The position numbers and the translations under genes are program-made. Below are positions 26,300 through 38,320 of a stretch of DNA of 64,000 nt, in pieces (the first letter of the stretch is position 1; each line of letters begins with the position of its first letter). The notes under the pieces are model-generated. The model was not told the DNA's origin, searched no databases, and was given only the letters and a program-made list of their open reading frames with translations. Origin of the DNA: Haplodiscus bocki (lineage: Eukaryota); NCBI GenBank assembly GCA_965655095.1, contig OZ296657.1, forward strand, positions 27,404,001 through 27,468,000, in the 5' to 3' direction.

Positions 26300-27050
26300 C
26301 GGACGCTTTTGAGGATTTTTTAAAAAAAATTGTGGTTCTCAGATACGTCACTCACTGTACCGTTTAAAAGGATAATTTTTTCCTATGGATCGCGTCGACA
26401 ACTTCGGCGCAGCTAGTGTATTGAGCAAAAACCACACACGTCAGTCTTCTTTGACAACACATATACATATAAGACTTCTCAGACGTCACTGATGAAAACA
26501 ATGATAATCCAAGGATGCCCTAAATGTTGGAACAACAAGACAATGTGGAAGAAAGTTTTTTGCCTGGCAAGCACGCTCCTTTTTTTGGAAATCCAATTAG
26601 AGAGTTTACGTCAGAACATGAAAATTTGTAAAGATCTTCTGGAAACTTTCATATTTTGCAAACATAGGCGTTGGTGTCAAAACCGGGGCGTAGCAATTTC
26701 CTAGATAACCGCGTGAACACACATCCGATTACGATTCGTAGTCACCACATTGCATACTCACGCAGACCAAAGTTGTGTTGAAAGTCCAAACTTCTAACTC
26801 ACTTTGCCAAGAGATGTGCTAGTTCGAGGGATGAAACAGTCTTGAAACAATACATTTATCGTTTTCAGGACTTAGAAAATTCCGAGTTGTCGTTTTCTGG
26901 TTCTGACGATACATTGCGTTGTAGAGATCATGATAACAGTCAACACAACCAACAGAACAAAAGACATTCATGGCTGTCTCTGGCAGCCATCAATGACCCT
27001 GCTGCCGATGAGGGCCACACATAACCCCGAAAGGCCTTGCGCTTGGGGAA
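26300..27050 (-). mobile_element. Gypsy-like integrase fragment
   Basis: Degenerate 'RPF...GSL' (cf. PFxxxxxDxxGPL), 'KED*RVWF' (cf. GDxVW) and 'VTYLR' (cf. LSxVxYRI). Confidence 0.3.
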
Positions 27051-27099
27051 ACTTCCAAATTGAAAACGTTTTTTTTTGTTCTCATAGTTATTGACACGC

Positions 27100-27900
27100 T
27101 CGCTGCATTTGCCTTCATCAGATTTAGGAAATTGAATATTGTGATCTGAAAAGTACTCCAGAAATTAGTACCCCACGAGTGGTCTTCTTGGGACCAAGGC
27201 CAGCGTACCAGGAATCTGCAATCTATTGCGAACTTTTGAGAGATCGATAAGAGTCGATGAAGAACACCTAAAAAATTTTTCGGATTTTCAACCCAATGTA
27301 CACATCAAAGCCTAGATCAGAGGCTAAAATATTCCACTGTAGAAGTGTTTCATGCAGTGCCAGAAATACCTTTGAACGACATTGCTTCTGAAAATGAAGC
27401 AAAATGAAAAAAAGGCGCCAATTGGAAACGATCGACAGTATAAAACTTGATGTCTGAGCTTTTGTAGACCCCGGAATTCCAATTGGAGCCAGAGAGTGTA
27501 GAGAGTTCAAACCATTTCACTAGGTTCTCTCAACAACCAGCAATGTGAGGAGGTGCTAGTTGCAATGGAGACCCCTGAACGGGTGGAAGAATCTGTGAGG
27601 GTGGAGTATAGAGTTTGGACAATCTCAACTGCACCCTCCAATTAAAATCTGATCCCAACAGAGAGTTTGCTGAGATGTTCGGGAAAATATGAAGAAAGAG
27701 GGTCTCACAAGGACCTTTCACATCGACAATGATGCTTTTTTTCTGTAAGTTCTTTTTTAACGTTAGTAGTTTCTAGTACGTTCGGTTTTGTCTCAGGTAC
27801 ATCCAGTAACCTTCAACGACCTGGGACTGTTGAAGAGGCCTTCTGACAGTTTCGTCAGTGGATCTCTAGAACAAAGTAAGGTGATCAGCAAACCCAATCA
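27100..27900 (-). mobile_element. Bel/Pao LTR-retrotransposon integrase fragment
   Basis: 'IFPNISANSLLGS' (cf. IxSDNxTNFxGA), 'LAPPHIAGC*ENLVKW' (cf. PPxAPHxGGxWERLVRS) and downstream 'GTLALV' (cf. GDLVL). Confidence 0.6.
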
Positions 27901-28012
27901 GAAGGACAACCAGTCAGTTGAGACATCTGGCTAGATAATAGACAAACTTTGGGTCACCAGATAATAGCTGATTTTCTCGGTCCTCCTACCAATAGCAGGG
28001 ACATCAGGTTTT

Positions 28013-28600
28013 GTGAAAACGGTCCGAAGAAGTATTGAAGTAGCTGTCTTTTCAAGTCTACGATGGACTTTTGGAAGGACAGAAGCTTCAGTTGGAGATG
28101 TTAAAGGGGACAGAAACTGCGAAAGGAGGCCCACGGTAGGAAAATTGGTTTATGTCAAACATGACGAAATAAGGAACTGGGGCAGTTTTATTCCTGAAGG
28201 TAAAAACGAAATACTTCCTAGAAGCTTTATGGATGTGCATCATAGCTTTGCAGAGTGGTATGGTAGAACACAATAACGATGAGATTCACTTCCCCATCCT
28301 GGGACATAAACAATGGTTCAACGACCTACAAAATGGTATTTACACCTAGTGGATTGCTTTGAAAATGTTGGAAACTCCGTCGTCTTGCACGACCGAGACT
28401 GTTTTAGCATAACCTTTGAAGAATGGACGACAGAAGTTGGAACTTGTCATAATGGTGACGGACAAAGAGAGCAGAAGAAAATTTAAGTCAACTGGAAAAC
28501 AAAAACTCTCCGGAAAAGACATTGAAACGCTCGAATGTCCGGTCGTGATCAACTCTTCAGCCGTTCAGCGACCTGAGAGAATCTTTCAGTGTTGCTGTTG
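28013..28600 (+). mobile_element. Gypsy-like integrase zinc-binding-region fragment
   Basis: 'FIPEGKNEILPRSFMDVHHSFAEWYGRTQ' resembles the xVP....IL...H.....H.G..xT start of the HHCC domain. Confidence 0.35.
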
Positions 28601-29287
28601 AGTTCTTTTGATAACACCTAAGTTCAACAGTTATTGACCGCATTTGGTCTCAAGGAGCTTTTAGTGAAATGCGGAAGTCATGAATGGTAAAATACTCTAG
28701 GACTGTTTTTTGCAAACAGTCCTTTTTACGGAGCTTCATGACAGCATATAAATGGATACAACTTCTGTAGTCAAGAAAAATGAAACGACTAAGGCAGAAA
28801 AAACAGGTAAACAAATCCAACACGTCTTAAATTATTGTCGCGTTATAGCTAACGCTTAAACAGATATATTATATTTCTTAAAAACGTGCAGTAAGTTATT
28901 AAACAGGGAATGAATAATGTTTAACAAGAGAAGTGCAGATGGTATTGACTAACCTGGGAGTCGCAGTTGGTAATACAATATAAAACCGCGTGCTGTATAA
29001 AGGAAAGCTGAAGGATTGGAATTGCACAAAGAGAAGGAAAAGCAAAATTTCTAAAAGCGTGGAAATGTGGTTCAACGCTATTGGCTCAACGACTAGTCAC
29101 GAAGGTGCCGTCATAACTTCGGTTCATAGCTGGTACGAGAAAGCGGCTTGGCCATTTTTGACTTACTCGCTTACCGGCCGGCAGCCATATTCCTTTCCCT
29201 TATTTCACTTCCTTTCCCTTACGCCTCGCTTTCTTTTCCTTCTTGCTTGGCTAGAATTATCCTGAATCCTCTCCTCTCTTTCCGCGG

Positions 29288-29895
29288 ACGAAATTATTCT
29301 AAGACAATTCCAGTTGTCTTGCCTACAAGTATTGCCGCTTACAGACCCAACCGTCCAGCTCTCCACTTCTTGCCAAATGATCTGATTGGCTCTCACTTAA
29401 ACGGCGGCCATCTTGAAAATTCAAGTATGAATAACCGGCGCACAGCCATAGCTTTCATTCCGCTTTTTAGCCTATTTCCCCGAGGCGAAACTCTCTTTCT
29501 TTTCCCTCTCATCATAATTTTGGAATTAAATCTTAACTCCGAAATTATTCCAAGACAATTTCAAAACTTGTCTTAGCCAAATTTCCTTATCGCTTCAACG
29601 AAATTATTCTAGGACAATTTCAAAACTTGTCTTAGCCAAATTTCCTTATCGCCTCAAAGAAATTATTCTGAGACAATTTCAAAACTTGTCTTTGCTAAAA
29701 ATTCTGCTCTACAGAGCCAACCGTCCCGCTCTCCACTTCTCACCAAATAATTCTATTGGCTCTTGCTCAACCGGCGGCCATCTTGAAACATCGAGTATAA
29801 ATAACTAGCGCACAGCCAGAGTATTCATTCGCTTTCTAGCCTACTTCCCCGAGGCGAACCTCTCTTCCACTTCTCTCCCATCAATATTCTGGAAA
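29288..29895 (+). promoter_or_regulatory. Duplicated CCAAT-YY1-TATA promoter-like module (370-bp offset)
   Basis: ATTGG at 29385 and 29755, GGCGGCCATCTTG at 29403 and 29773, TATGAATA at 29426 and TATAAATA at 29796. The flanking ~230 bp align between the two copies. Confidence 0.6.
29541..29695 (+). repeat. 59-bp tandem repeat, ~2.6 copies
   Basis: GAAATTATTC..GACAATTTCAAAACTTGTCTT units start at 29541, 29600 and 29659. Confidence 0.9.
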
Positions 29896-30010
29896 TATTC
29901 AAAGACTTTTCACCAACAACCCGAAAATGTTCATAGACTTTTTCGCCTGCAAATTTGTCTTAGCCGCAAATCATCAACTATATTCCGGAAATATTCAAAG
30001 ACTTTTTGGG

Positions 30011-30140
30011 CAATCAACAGCAGCAATTAACAGCAGCAATCAACAGCACCAATCAACAGCAGCAACCAGCAGCAGCAATCAACAGCAGCAACAAGCAGCA
30101 GCAATCAACAGCAGCAACCGGCAGCAGCAACCAGCAGCAT
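30011..30140 (+). repeat. CAG/CAA-rich minisatellite
   Basis: Repeated CAATCAACAGCAGCA(A) units and CAG/CAA triplets. Confidence 0.9.
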
Positions 30141-30874
30141 CTACACAATCCACGACGACTTCTGTTAGTTATAACTACGGTTCCTAGCAGAGGCTATGTC
30201 CTGCTAGAAGTTGACGTAGGACTAGCTGCCAGGTAGCGACTGCAGCCACCGCACCGCGGCCCATTTTTGTTACTTTTCAATTTTTCTAAAATTCCCTTTT
30301 TGCGATTTTTCCCTTTTTGCTAAGACCTAGTACTAACTATTAACCAGTAAAAGTAAAACTTCATTTTTCACGACCTATTGGCAGTCCCTATGACGTATGC
30401 CTTGGTCGCAGATAAAAGAGAACAAAATTTATTTATTACTGGTTTCCCGTGGGTCCGGACTGTTAATCGGCAGGGACTAAAACACCAGTTTAAGATTAAG
30501 ACACCATTTGGTAGTCATTTTTTATACTAAGAGTAGTGTAAAATGCATGTAATGTAAAATGCATGTAATTTGAACCCCGTTTCCCTAGAGACTGGCATAT
30601 CCAGCTTGGGACTAAAACAGGGGCTAGTCTTTTTTAACCCGTAAACCCTAGAATTCTAGAGAGTGACGTGGTTTAGCTAAACGTAAAATGAAACGTAAAA
30701 TGGCGGGCTAAAAAGAGCCGACCAGAGGTAAGACGGGACTTGTTCGCCACCCGCACTGGTCAGAAAAGTAAAATGGTGTATGTGAAACGTTTTGTTCTAT
30801 TATCAGGCAGTGGATGTGGATGTCGATTAGCTTTAATTTTGATGTTTCATAATTTTAATTTATATTTTTAAAAT

Positions 30875-31130
30875 TTATTGGGACTAAATTTGGATAGTCC
30901 AAGAATGTATTGCAACGATTTAATTTATAATTCAATTGGACTGAATTGAAAAAGTCCAATTTCTATTCATGATTTTATAGATCCTAAATTCAAATTAATT
31001 CAATTAATTCAACATTTATATTTCATTTAATAATTTCAATTCAGACTAAATTAAAGTAGTCTGAATTGATTGATGTTGATTGCATTTATAATTTTAATTC
31101 AGACTGAATTGAAGCGATCTGAATTATTCT
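30875..31130. repeat. Four tandem AT-rich hairpins in two ~160-bp duplicated blocks
   Basis: Stems GGACTA/TAGTCC, AATTGGACT/AGTCCAATT (30934-30961), CAATTCAGACTA/TAGTCTGAATTG (31037-31068) and TAATTCAGA/TCTGAATTA (31095-31126). Confidence 0.8.
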
Positions 31131-31851
31131 ACTGAATTATATTCTCACACCTAAAGTGAGATTGACTTAATGTTAATTATTTTTTTTTACATTTTGTGGC
31201 ATCCTCAATACAAATCCTGATTTAATTCTCCCAACTTCTTACTGGGTAAACTGTTCACTGTAACATTGAACTGAAGCTGAATAAATCTGGTATAGGATTG
31301 CTAAGGTTGGGATCGAATACAAATGAGAAAGAGCTAACTGGAATCTATAACAGTAAAGACCATATGGTGAATTTCCCTGTGCTATTCCACGCTTACAACT
31401 TGGTAACTTCCCCTTACGAACGTGCAGTCATTCAAACTCAGAAATTTGGCAATTTGGAATACATTCAATAACAATTCAATGTTCTTTCATACCATTCTCC
31501 GCTATAGCTCAAAAGTCCTTGCTTGAATTCACGCAATCCCTTTGTTCGCACGGTTAAGCAAGGCACGCTATCGAGACTTATAAGTATTAGCCGTCGCTAC
31601 CCCGCAGCAGTGTTGACCAAGCAACCGCCAGCATGGCTAAGTAAATAATAAACTTTTAATACCCCTACCACGTGCGACATTATTAAATTAGTCTAGTAAA
31701 CATTTGTAAATCATTCTCGACTAGTTCAAACGAGAGACTGTTGTTCTCAAATGAAGGTTCAGACTTGGGCTTGGCTTCAATGGCTACGAAACGCTTGAAA
31801 CGCTAATACTGTTCGCGCAAATAGTTTAGGGAGCAGTAGTTGCAATTCAGG

Positions 31852-33950
31852 TTAATGAAAGGTCCACAAGGGTAGATGATGCACGTTATGGACATAAGAG
31901 CCAGATGAAACAAGGGTGACATGCTTTGCAATTGACAAACGACCACCAGAAAAGTTTATAAAAGCATGACAAACTAGATTTTGACGATACTCCAAAAAGA
32001 TAGAGGCCCAAAGATCTGCAAGTGGTTTAATCCATGACAGTGGAATGGCCAATAGAGTTGCAAAAGACCTGAAATCCGCGCGACCTGTCTGACACTGTCC
32101 CAGGCCACGGCCTTGTCTGTTCCGTGTTAGACCGGAAAGCACAACACCTCTGAACTCCAGGTGAACAGACGTATAATAGTTGATTTGGAAGCCGTCGGAG
32201 AAATTGTATTAAATAGTATTGATGTTAGTGGAATCCACGTCCCATCTGCACGTTTAGCTACATTGTTAGACGTTGGAAAAAGACTCCACACTCCAGCCCG
32301 CAAAACGTAGCCTTTTAACGGCTGATAGATAATATGTCTCCTTTTTCAAACAATGATTGGAGAATCTTCAGGCTTCACAACAATAGGTAAAACAGAGAAA
32401 CGACGACGAATAGCCAGGTTGACCGGCAGAAAGCTGAGCGTGAATGAAAACATACGAGAGATGAACTCCGCGTTATCCAAGTTGAAAGAAACTTTGGTAT
32501 TTCCTATCGACTGAAAACTCTGTCGGATATCCACCAACGTCTGAGACAAAGCAAAGACGTCACCTGGACGCTGACTTCCTTGGAAACACCTGCTACTCAT
32601 GCACGCCCACAAAAGCCCATCAGAAAATTCTTTCGTGCTGCGAAAATGTTTGGATCCTGAACTAATCAATGGCAGCTAAAAGTTTGTTTTTAAGCCAAAG
32701 CATCTCTCCTAAAGGGACAGTGTCCTCCCCACTTAAGAGCATTAGATGAGAGCAGTTTCTGTGGCCTTAGAAGTTCGAATTGAGAAGAACTGTGCAAGTG
32801 CAGGATTTTGGTGATCACTGTTTCAACGCTTCAACCAACAGTAGACAACCGGAGCTTCCTACAGGACGTTGTTTGTCTAAAATTCTTTTACATGGATATA
32901 TCACGCATTGTCCAAAGAATCTATCCCACCAACGCTACAGGATGGTCATTGAGACTAGCTGCGGCCTATTGAGTTATCTCAAACCGTTTGGTGGCGAGAA
33001 GACAGCTGAGGAAGTTAGTTCTTAACTGCAGCCGCATGTATATCGAGAAAGCCTGCTACATCCAAACAAATGGAAATCAGAATGTCTTGAACAGAAAATG
33101 AGATGAATGCAATGCCCCGCCATTTGTTTTTGACTACCTAGCTTCACCCAATTGCGTCCTAGTTTTCAGGAGACTTTCTATGAAACACTGGATACTCTGG
33201 TGGGTACTTTTTCTGTCATGACTGTTTTCAATATCAATGTGGAAACACTACATCCTCAAAAACTATTCTACTGCGCTTCCTCCACCCATTTTTGTATAGT
33301 TCGTAATCCAATTCTGAAATTTGAACCATCAAATGACAACCTCTGACATCGCCGCCGACAATTACTGAATGGCATGGGGCTAGGTTGTAAGGAACAAAGA
33401 CTTGGACCACTGAAAGAACAGGAAAAAACAAATTTGGAGATAAGTTTTTTTGCTGAAAGACAACCTTATCCTCCCATCCCAATGCTGAACGCCAGGAGAA
33501 GCTATTGTTTAAAACTCGCACCATTATTGAAGTCTGAAAAAAAATTAATGAGAACTTATTTTGTGTCATACGCTAACCTAACAACTTAACAAACGTGATA
33601 TAGTCAAGAATGTTGTCGATTTTGCGAGAAACCAAGTCTGTAGCACACCGGTTGAGTTTAACTGGCATGCACTTCAAAGGACGTGAACGCATGATATATG
33701 ATATGGCTGTGTCACCGCTGAGCTTGTGGATCAATACGATCATAATCCAAGTGGCCGGAAACTTACACCAAGCCGTAAACAATCGGTTCACTGATAGCGA
33801 TGTGGCCAGAGACTTCACCCATCCCATTTTGTGAGATTCTTATACGGTGATTGAGGGGATCTAATCTCTGCAGTTGCCCCTGTCATGATTAGCGTCTTCG
33901 GCCGGGTGACGACTCTGAGTAACCCGGAGTGACGATGAGACTAGCCAAGG
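31852..33950 (-). mobile_element. Decayed Bel/Pao retrotransposon internal region
   Basis: 'VAGFLDIHAAA' (cf. LHxFxDAS..AYAA), 'LADLWASIFLEYRQNL' (cf. FWxRWxxEYLxxL) and 'GSYVHNVHHLPL' (cf. G...RPVxKLxPL), in the expected order. Confidence 0.55.
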
Positions 33951-34499
33951 AATAGTCTAGCTGCAGTTTGTTCTCCTTCGTCTGAGATCAATCAACACTG
34001 ACGCTTCAGCCAAATGATGAGTAACGAGAAAATTAGGATTATCTTGAGAGCCTATCAGAAAGAAAACTGAGTTTACGGTAGCAGTGTTCGATGCCATTGT
34101 TTTTTCCCACCTGAAGTTTCTGTAAAAAAATATTACTCTTCAGGACTGCAGGACTGGAACACGACGCCGCAGACTGTTTCAAAATACTGTCACGAAATGA
34201 CGATACATCAAAGTTTTCCTGTGGACACATAGAATGCAGTTTTGACAAGTGCACTGAAGATGTTCCGCTTAATGCCCAAAATAATTTTTTTATGGAACTG
34301 TATTTTTTTCGTATGCTCCCAAAATGTCCATCGAACACGAAAAATGCAGTTCTGACAGCCCTGTCAAAAAATTCTTGCTCACAGTCCGAACCTTTCTGGC
34401 TCGTTCCAGAAAAATTTAATGGTTCTTTCGAAAATTTTCTTCCGGAAGGATCCTGGAAAAATAAAAACTCAGTTCTTGATTTCACTGAATGTTGATACC

Positions 34500-37200
34500 T
34501 CTCCTTTTCTTAACTACGTGGCTAATTTATTTCATCAGGGTGTTAATCGATTGTTTCTTACTTGAGGAGAAGTTTTCAAAAAGAATATCAATATTTTCTT
34601 CTGCGGCCTAATCCTGGCAGGCCGTGAATGCCGAAGAATCTAAAAATCAATACAGACGTCAGTTATGAAAATCATATTTCAAAACCATCAGCTTCAAATT
34701 TTTCTTCCAGTTTTCAATCCAGAGCTCTCTACTTGAAGAGATATTTTCATTAGAGAAAATTTTGATTCTGATCTGTTTCGTCGAAATGCTAATAGTGCAG
34801 AAATTGCATAAAAAGTAACTACTTAGACACACCTCCATATTCAAACTCTTGTTTCTAAATAACGTTTTGCTTGACCCCTGACATCAACATCGGAGTCATC
34901 AACTTTCTACTTAAAGAGAAAAATGGCAAAAACAAAAACAATTTTGTTTGTTTTCTCGGATTCCAAACCCCGAGAGAAAGCCAAAGAGTGCTGCTAATAA
35001 TCTTATATCTCGACAGTCAAAATCTCATCCACTACCTGTTTCACTCCTTCAGCAAATGTATCAAGGGACAACTCTTTACTCTAGACGAACCTTTTAAAGC
35101 TCGTCATTTCCAGGTTAATGTAACGAAAGAGACGCAAAATTTTATCATGAACCCACACTGGAAACTTCAAGAGGCAATCTATGTCCTTTTCAATTCAAAC
35201 ATATACGTTCAAATCAAAACAATTGGTACTTGGTTGGCGAATGTCTTCGAACTCTGCAGAATAGCTACAAGACTGTAATAGTGCACATGGTTTTTCGGTG
35301 GGAGTTCTTTTGGTGGAAGAAGGTTGGAACTCGAGCTTTTGCTGGACACTTTGACTATAGTTGTCCAGTTATAGAAAGTTTATTTCAAGAAATAGAAAAG
35401 CAAATTCAGTGAAAACTTCATGCACTTCAAAATGAAGATGTTAATTCACGTACTAGACTTAGGTTGAGGTCCAAGGTTTTTAGGACCGGTTTTTCTACAA
35501 AAGAAACTTGAAAATCGAACTTTTTCGGGGTTTTTCGACGATTTCTAAAGATTAAAGTTTTCTTCGACACCTAGTTCCTCAATTTACGCTATTTTCGAGC
35601 ATTTTCTACTTGAAGATTCAAATAATCTATTAGATTATGTATTTTTGCGGTAACCAAGTTTGGCGATAGATTACTTTTGCTAACAGATCTTGAAAATTGA
35701 CCTTTTTTCAACAGTTCGGGTCAAATTTCAGTTTTTTGTACAGAGAGCAAATCCGAAGAAACCCTCAGTTTGTCATAACAGAAGGAAAAGACCCGAACAA
35801 GTAAGGTTATATGTCTTGAATGCTGACAGACATTTTTTAATTTAGGCTTCTTCCATTAAAATTGTTTAGAAATTGACCTTTTCCTGTGTTTTTCTGACAA
35901 TTTGAAAACTCATTTATTGGACATTATTGTAGCAAGAATCTGAAGCCTTGCACAAGATTGCTGGAAAACATTAGCCAGTAGTCTCCTATAGTTCGGAGGC
36001 GGTCACAAAATACAGAATTCTTTGATAGGTTTGTTAGCCAGAAAAAACTGGAAGTCGAGACAGTTTTAGATTTTTTGATTTCTCATCCTCAATTAAAGTA
36101 CTATGTCTTAGAAGATAGGCCTGAAAATGGGAGCAATTCTCGACTGGAATACCAAGGAGACTGCAGTTTTTTATCTACTTTTTCTTGGTTGAGGTTAAAA
36201 AGTTTCTTCTGGGTTCTTTTGGCAAGAAAATGTGATGATCAAGATATTTCTGAACTTTTGAGTTTTTTGTCGTCTTTCTTTATCTAAGGGCTGCTCTGTC
36301 TGAAAAAGAGCAACGTTTTCGGATAATGTGAAAGAGAGTCTTTATATTCTCAATTATGGTTTTTGATTCGCGATCAGAAGGTCTTTCAATTTGTTTTGAA
36401 CTAAAAACACATCAAAAGCGGGGTTTAAATGCCGTTTCATTTAATGTGAATAGTTAGTTTTTTTATCATGGAGGCAAGAGCTTAAAGTGAGATCTATTTG
36501 GCTTTGCAATAGGATAAACAGTCCATTGTATGACACACTAGGTTAAAGTAGAAGTGAAGTACTTTTTTGATGATTAACAGAACTCTAACCCTAACCCTAA
36601 CTGAAACTCTATCCTGAACCCTAACACTTGAATTTTTCCATCAACGGTTCAAGCAACATATCTCCACTTGTGGACGACTATTCAATAGAGAATTGATGGG
36701 TGTTGATCCTTGCGTTGGAATCGACCTTCCAAAACGCCCAAAAGTGATAATATTTTTCACATAATCTTCTACTGAAGTTCTTATTTTTCCATAATTATTG
36801 GCTTGAATTCCTAAATCAAATTATTATTTGACATTTTTGTTCATCTATAAAAGCGTCGTGGTATTCAATTTTGTGATTTTTGCACAACCAACAGAGTTTT
36901 CATGGTGTGTCGAAAACGTCGAAAAGTACCACTGTTAATGCTTTTTCATCAATTTTCAAACTCATATGTTTTTGAAGCTCTTCTGAGATATAACACTGCT
37001 TGTGACAGTGTATTAAATTTTTATCCCACTGATTATAATAAAATTGCAAATTGAAGAATGAAACAAGAAAATGGAAGCTTGAATTCTTCCGACAAAGTCC
37101 CCATCTACAACTTTGTGTTAAACCAAAATTCTCATGAACAACTTTTTTTATATCTTCGATCAATCGTTTTTACATCCTTTTGACGGAATCGCACAGCGAC
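34500..37200 (-). repeat. Degenerate ~175-bp tandem repeat arrays, minus strand
   Basis: Reverse-complement cores at ~34545, 34720, 34890, 35065 and ~36645, 36820, 37165, for example TTGATTTAGGAATTCAAGCCAATAATTATGGAAAAA and CCGTTGATGGAAAAATTCAAG. Confidence 0.6.
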
Positions 37201-37943
37201 TGCGCCTCTTGTTCTACGTATATTAAGGTGCTTTATGGAGAAAACAGTTTTCAACTTCAGTCAGTTGACGCATCAGAAAAGCAAAAAAAAAGATGAGATA
37301 ACTCAAAAGAAATAGAGAAGAGCTCAAAGAAAAAACGCTATCAAGAAGAAAGAAAAAGAAAAAAACCAAAAAAGAGCTTGTCGAAAATTTCTATTATTTC
37401 AAGAAAACTTACTGAAGAAAGATTGGTTTTCTTCTAATTGAATATTTTCAAGCTACCATCAATTCCGAGCTATGGAAGACCTATGGAAGAAAATCGCTTC
37501 TGCAGATTTTTCTTGGAAAAATTGAGTTCCTCCCTTCTACTTTGACTCCCGTTGTGTTTTAGCGCATTGGGACAAAAAATAGAAGCTGAATTTTCCCTGG
37601 AATATGTACTTCCCGAACACGTCATTTTAAAACATCAAAGCCGGAAGCAGGCCTGGAAAAAAAGCCCATAATAAAGGTAAATTCGGTTGAAAATTAAATG
37701 GCAAAGCATTAAACTTTCAATACTATATTAAAAATTCCTGGCTGCTGGAAACTAGATATGAAAAACAACTGTTTCGATCACAGTAAGTTTTCAATTTTCC
37801 AAAATCGAAAAACTAGTGAAAACAGTAACTTTTAAGTTTTTTATGCTAAAACCTTAGCTACTATAAATAATCTAGTCAAGATTTGTAATTACTTATTTTA
37901 TCGTTATCAAGCCAAATTTAGGATGGAAGGAATTATAATTTCT

Positions 37944-38320
37944 TCAAAAGTCTGAAGAATTGAACTCATCATCAGTATTATTGTCATCAGATTTGGTATC
38001 ATCTGTATCAGAATCACTATCATTATCATCTTTATCGCTACCTGGATCAAGCTCATAGTCTTTCTTGTTTTGATCATTATTGGTTTCAGATACAGAAAGT
38101 GTCATTTGAATACTGCTCACAACATCTTTAGCACATGAAGCGTCACACTGTTGAGGTGAAGCAGACTTGTAGAAATAGTATCTGTACTCTTGCGCAATAG
38201 AGGGATCTTGCAACATCCGGGAAAGGAGATTGTCGAAATCAACAGGCAGCAATGACGTCATGTTATAAGCTGACTTGAAGTTGTACTCAAACTTCAAATT
38301 GAAATCTCCGCTTTCATTTG
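37944..38320 (-). CDS. SMPD1: SMPD1-like exon 9 (C-terminal domain, acidic tail, stop)
   Basis: Acceptor TTTTCTAG; (A)NESGDFNLKFEYNFKSAYNMTSLLP...QQCDASC...SSDF*. Confidence 0.9.

Larger units (their letters stand above)
28836..31679 (+). mobile_element. Putative long solo LTR (2844 bp)
   Basis: Inverted termini TGTCGC...GCGACA and 4-bp TSD TTAT (28832-28835, 31680-31683). Internal ATTGG/YY1/TATA modules, AATAAA at 31647-31652, no recognisable coding domains. Confidence 0.75.

Noticed and set aside
29148-29576. 142-aa ORF in the LTR-like element
   Set aside because: Non-ATG start, pyrimidine-rich low-complexity promoter sequence, and no recognisable domain.
29541-29695. Palindromic 59-bp repeats as a CRISPR array
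   Set aside because: The intervening sequences are near-identical, so this is a simple tandem duplication.
34039-34485. 148-aa minus-strand ORF
   Set aside because: No recognisable motifs, non-ATG start, and composition like AT-rich repeat DNA.
36581-36625. CCCTAA telomeric repeats
   Set aside because: Only 2-3 imperfect units in an interstitial position, too short to call telomeric.
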